A stretch of DNA of 11,403 bases from Bdellovibrionales bacterium (GTDB taxonomy: Bacteria; Bdellovibrionota; Bdellovibrionia; Bdellovibrionales; UBA840). The translations under genes were made by a program, and so were the position numbers. Every line of letters starts with the position of its first letter. Within the stretch, counting starts at the first letter, position 1. The stretch spans positions 1-11,403 of the forward strand of contig JBBKWS010000201.1 in the NCBI GenBank assembly GCA_037969075.1, read 5' to 3'. The notes below the pieces were generated by a model. That model was not told the DNA's origin and made no database searches. It saw only the letters and a list, made by a program, of their open reading frames with translations. Below, one piece after another: positions 7,838 through 11,403 of the stretch.

Positions 7838-7883
7838 ACTTTTCCGTTGTAGCCATACTTAGAATCATGTTTGAATCCTGAAT

Positions 7884-10664
7884 ATGAAAAAAATTTTATT
7901 CATCTTGCTTCTATCTCTACCTACTAGTTCCCATGCAGTAAGTTGGCAAAAACAGCAAAGCGAGCATTTCACTATCATTTATAATGCGAAGCAGCGTCAA
8001 CTAGCCACGTATTACTTAAGTACTGCTGAAAAAGTCTACTCCGAGCTTATTCCTGTCTTTAAAGAGGCACCTGACAATACTTATTTAGTACTTACTGACT
8101 ACTTTGATTTCAGTAATGGTGCCGCCACCGTATTTCCTCACCCCACGATTTACCTCTACCCAAGCTTGCCTGATACAAACGATAGCATAGAGAACCATTC
8201 CTCGTGGGCCTACATGTTACTTAAACATGAGTATACGCACATATTAAACATGCACCCCGTTCACGGTGTACCAGGTTTTTTTAGTTGGATTTTTGGTGCA
8301 TGGGTCAGACCCAATATGTTTTTGCCTCATTGGTATTTAGAAGGCTTAGCAGTAGAAAGAGAAAGTGACGGCAATAACCGCTTTGGTAGGCTTAACTCTC
8401 CATATTATCAGGGCTTACTTCGCGCCAACGTTCTAGAGAACACTTTGAAAAAGGAAACCATTGATCGTTACAGTTCTTTTGATGTCCCCCTATATCCCTA
8501 CGGAAGTCGCCCCTACTTCTTAGGTTCTTTTTATTGGCAGTATCTAACAAGAACCTACGGGACAGAAATTATCCATGATCTAAACCAAGATTACTCTAAA
8601 AGAATACCTTGGTTGATTGAATCTCCCTTAATAAATAAAACTGACCTTACTTACAACGACAACTTAAAAGATGCATATGATTTTTATATTGCTAAAACTA
8701 ACAGCGAAGTATCCAAACTAAATGCTCCTACCCACAATACAACCTCAAAGCTAAGTGGTTACTTTCAAAGAAACTTTTCTTTTCATCCTTTTAGAAAAGA
8801 AGCTTTATATATTACTAAAGGCAGAACAGGAAAAGATGACATACGCAAAATCATATTTACAGATAAAAAAAATGCGCTTGATACTATAACCAAAGATACA
8901 TCACTTGTGACTGCGGACAAAATTGTGCGAGCCACATGGTCACCTGATGGCAAAAGCATTTTGTATGATAAGATTCATACCTATCAAGGCAAGTACCAAT
9001 ATTTAGATTTGTACTCACGCCCGCTTAACTCCAATACGTCAAAAGCCATTACAAAAGGCAAAAGAGCAAGGGATGCCATCTACTTAACGTCTAACGAAAT
9101 TATATATGTTAAATCTGATGGCTTGCTACATTTACAAAAATTAAACACTGACACTAATACAGTCACGAATCTCTTTAATGCCAAATTAGAAGAAAAAATC
9201 TTAAACCCCGTAGTCTTAAACAATGATATCTATTTTGTTCTTAAACGTCCGAGCGGTATGCATCAAGTTCTTAAGTTAGCTGGCCAAATAGAGGTTATAT
9301 ATCAATCATACTTTCCTATCTACGATCTGAGTGTTTGCAAAAATCAACTTTGCTGGATCGATGAAGCCAGTGGTGTAGCAAACTTTGTATCTTTTGATCT
9401 TACTAAAAAAATACTAACACCTTTAACAAATTCTCGTACGGCCATTACTGCCGGTACCTTAACTGCGGATACTCTTATTTATAGTGAGATCAACAGCAAG
9501 GGGTCGTACTTTGTACAAACCCATGAAGCAACTAACACAAAGTTAAGTGTGATTCGAGGACCCACCGCCTTTACAGAGTGGGAAGTCGACCTACTACAAC
9601 CAAAAGAAGAAGCTTATTACTCTACCGCCCACCTGTACCCTAGGTATTGGCTCCCCTTTATTGCGGGTGATGAGAACGGTACATATACAAGTATACAAAC
9701 CAGCGCAAGCGACCCCGCCTTATTGCAAAATTACGCAATACTTTTAGGCTACTACTCGGCAAATGATAAGTGGGACAAAAACTTTGCTTATCAAAATGTG
9801 TATTGGGATATTTCACTAAATCTAAATGCCTACGAAACCTATGAATATCTAGAGAGTATTGATGACAGTATTAAGCGCCAACGCTTACGATTTGGTCTTA
9901 CAACTAGCATTTATCCTATTAGCGAAGATCTATTTTTTAATGCTTTTATTAGCAGTGAAAAAGCGGGCCTAGATGGTGCTAGCCAGAGAAAAGCAGAAGG
10001 CGCTGGAGTTTTTCTAACCTATGATCAGACGGACTCAGTACCTCACGGTGGAGTGCTACCTGAAACTGGATATATCGCGAGCCTTGGTTACAGTAAGTAT
10101 TTCAAAAAAAATGGTTATTTTGATTTTAAAATTACAGAAGCTTACTTCGCGCAGTATTTAAATTATTTTTTACCTGATAATCATGTTGTACACTATCGCC
10201 TAGCGGCCAGAAGATCCGACAGTAATGGCAGGCCGCTAAGTTTAGGTAGCCTGACGATCGGTGGCCAAGAAATCACGAATGACAATTATACATTTGCCAT
10301 TCGAGGCTATCCTAGTGGTAATTTTTTAGCATGGTCAGCCTATCTTGGACAAATCAACTATTCATTTCCGCTTAAAGATATCTACCGTGGAAGCGGCACT
10401 CTGCCTATTTTCATAAAAAATATCTACGCTAATATTGTAGCTGAAACACTAGCAATAGATGGTGCTTATTATAACGAAAATCAAATTTTAACCGCCACAG
10501 ATGAGGATGAATTGTTTTCAGCCTATGGATTAGAGCTTAAGGCAAATGCTGAAATTTTCTATAGCTTTCCGATCACTTGGGTTTTAGGCTATTATTTTGG
10601 TACGTCTGAGCGCGCAGGCGGAGAGGACAGAGTTTATTTTAGGGTAGAGGCAACGGGGTTTTAA
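7884..10664 (+). CDS. Exported multidomain protein: gluzincin-like Zn peptidase + PD40/TolB-like propeller + Omp85-family barrel
   Basis: Signal peptide ending SHA. HEYTH (aa 115-119, nt 8226-8240) plus WYLEGLA (E153). PD40-like ATWSPDGKSILY (~8931-8966). Omp85 loop-6 motif IRGY (10299-10310). Terminal beta-signal-like VYFRVEATGF. Confidence 0.8.
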   Translation: MKKILFILLLSLPTSSHAVSWQKQQSEHFTIIYNAKQRQLATYYLSTAEKVYSELIPVFKEAPDNTYLVLTDYFDFSNGAATVFPHPTIYLYPSLPDTNDSIENHSSWAYMLLKHEYTHILNMHPVHGVPGFFSWIFGAWVRPNMFLPHWYLEGLAVERESDGNNRFGRLNSPYYQGLLRANVLENTLKKETIDRYSSFDVPLYPYGSRPYFLGSFYWQYLTRTYGTEIIHDLNQDYSKRIPWLIESPLINKTDLTYNDNLKDAYDFYIAKTNSEVSKLNAPTHNTTSKLSGYFQRNFSFHPFRKEALYITKGRTGKDDIRKIIFTDKKNALDTITKDTSLVTADKIVRATWSPDGKSILYDKIHTYQGKYQYLDLYSRPLNSNTSKAITKGKRARDAIYLTSNEIIYVKSDGLLHLQKLNTDTNTVTNLFNAKLEEKILNPVVLNNDIYFVLKRPSGMHQVLKLAGQIEVIYQSYFPIYDLSVCKNQLCWIDEASGVANFVSFDLTKKILTPLTNSRTAITAGTLTADTLIYSEINSKGSYFVQTHEATNTKLSVIRGPTAFTEWEVDLLQPKEEAYYSTAHLYPRYWLPFIAGDENGTYTSIQTSASDPALLQNYAILLGYYSANDKWDKNFAYQNVYWDISLNLNAYETYEYLESIDDSIKRQRLRFGLTTSIYPISEDLFFNAFISSEKAGLDGASQRKAEGAGVFLTYDQTDSVPHGGVLPETGYIASLGYSKYFKKNGYFDFKITEAYFAQYLNYFLPDNHVVHYRLAARRSDSNGRPLSLGSLTIGGQEITNDNYTFAIRGYPSGNFLAWSAYLGQINYSFPLKDIYRGSGTLPIFIKNIYANIVAETLAIDGAYYNENQILTATDEDELFSAYGLELKANAEIFYSFPITWVLGYYFGTSERAGGEDRVYFRVEATGF

Positions 10665-10706
10665 AAAAACCTCTGATTAAGATGCTGATGATACTCAATT
10701 TGCTTC

Positions 10707-11129
10707 TCAACCAAAGATAGCGACTATTGCTCCTGCCATTACAAATAAAGCAACCATCAGACTACCCAATTTAACGATAATCGTATTTGCCATTGCATCC
10801 ATTCTTGTATTTACAAGTTCTATTTCATATTTGAGATCAGATTTTGTGGCGCAGAGCTTTAAATTTTCGCTTAAAACAAATATCTTTAAATCCAATTTTT
10901 CTAGATCACCCTTGGTAGCAAATCGTGTTAGGTCGTCCTTAGTGGCGAATCGATCTAAATCATCTTTAGTAGCAAATCGTGTTAGATCATCCTTAGTGGC
11001 GAATCGATCTAGATCATCTCTAGTGGCTAATTTTTTTGTAAAATCACTCATAACTTTAACCTGTACTTCGGCCTGCTGCCTAACAAACCCTGATTTTTCT
11101 AAGGCCTTTACAAACTCTAGCTCACTCAT
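10707..11129 (-). CDS. DUF1640/CCDC90-like tail-anchored coiled-coil protein with tandem ATKDDL repeats
   Basis: N-terminal FVKALEKSGF..QAE head motif, repeated ATKxDL, coiled coil, C-terminal TM IIVKLGSLMVALFVMAGAIVAIFG. AGGAG RBS at 11139-11143. Confidence 0.78.
   Translation of the reverse strand: MSELEFVKALEKSGFVRQQAEVQVKVMSDFTKKLATRDDLDRFATKDDLTRFATKDDLDRFATKDDLTRFATKGDLEKLDLKIFVLSENLKLCATKSDLKYEIELVNTRMDAMANTIIVKLGSLMVALFVMAGAIVAIFG
10900..11034. repeat. Coding tandem repeat, 5 x 27 bp, with 54-bp higher-order period
   Basis: + strand units: tctagatcacccttggtagcaaatcgt / gttaggtcgtccttagtggcgaatcga / tctaaatcatctttagtagcaaatcgt / gttagatcatccttagtggcgaatcga / tctagatcatctctagtggctaatttt. 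Confidence 0.95.
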
Positions 11130-11210
11130 CGAGATATACTCCTATCTACTTTAGTTGTTCTTTACAAATTTTTTAATAAATTTATACTTATCCGCTATAC
11201 GAATAAAATT

Positions 11211-11279
11211 ATCCCAAGTAAGTATTAAGTGAGTTTTACGATGAATACTATTTAGGAAAACTTAATACTTACTTGAGAT
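11211..11279. repeat. 20-bp inverted repeat (19/20 match) with 29-bp spacer
   Basis: atcccaagtaagtattaagt (11211-11230) versus acttaatacttacttgagat (11260-11279). The inner 16 bp are perfectly complementary. Confidence 0.93.
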
Positions 11280-11291
11280 GTATGCTTATAC

Positions 11292-11308
11292 TTCAAAGAT
11301 AGTGCCAA
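11292..11308 (-). promoter_or_regulatory. Putative sigma54 (-24/-12) promoter facing the DUF1640-like gene
   Basis: Minus strand TTGGCACTATCTTTGAA versus consensus TGGCAC-N5-TTGCW. Spacing is exact (GG at 11306/11305, GA at 11294/11293), but the -12 C is replaced by A. Confidence 0.5.
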
Positions 11309-11403
11309 GTTGTTCCTTGGGTTGATTGGATTTGCTGAAGAATAGTGTCCGGTTTTTTGTTTACTAATCGAATTATTAAAAAATAAGAATTTAAACTTTA
11401 ACG

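Noticed and set aside
7847..7876. Promoter for the Omp85 fusion (TTGTAG-18bp-TTGAAT)
   Set aside because: Both hexamers are poor matches; not supportable from sequence alone.
10655..10673. Hairpin GGGGTTTT-AAA-AAAACCTC as a terminator between convergent genes
   Set aside because: Weak stem with a 3-nt loop, overlaps the stop codon and lacks a U-tract.
10900..11034. Possible CRISPR array
   Set aside because: Units are contiguous with no unique spacers, are in frame and vary mainly at synonymous sites; no cas genes are present.
10831..11154. 107-aa plus-strand ORF with SSLVANR repeats
   Set aside because: Mirror frame of the tandem repeat. The minus-strand gene has the RBS, family motif and TM anchor.
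11163..11186. 9-bp AT-rich inverted repeat (tacaaattt / aaatttata)
   Set aside because: Expected by chance in very AT-rich DNA, though it could be a minor leader stem.

Overview
AT-rich bacterial chromosomal window. Gene order and protein style suggest Bdellovibrionota or a related delta-lineage (inference, not verified). On the + strand are rluB-like and smpB, whose 3' end overlaps a convergent 2-TM+HAMP protein with no output domain, followed by a helical lipoprotein built on 11-residue repeats. A tightly coupled - strand operon runs pal, DUF4398-like lipoprotein, cpoB, tsaD, rsmA, FadL-like outer-membrane barrel, small beta-rich lipoprotein. Divergent from pal is a 926-aa protein joining a HEXXH zinc-peptidase domain, a PD40/TolB-like propeller and an Omp85-type barrel. 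The window ends with a DUF1640/CCDC90-like membrane-anchored coiled-coil gene carrying a 27/54-bp tandem repeat. Upstream of that gene are a sigma54-like promoter and a 20-bp inverted repeat that starts almost at the predicted +1. No rRNA, tRNA, tmRNA, CRISPR array or transposase was seen. The best novelty candidates are the peptidase-propeller-Omp85 protein facing a tolB-less pal-cpoB operon and the sigma54/hairpin/repeat-gene module.
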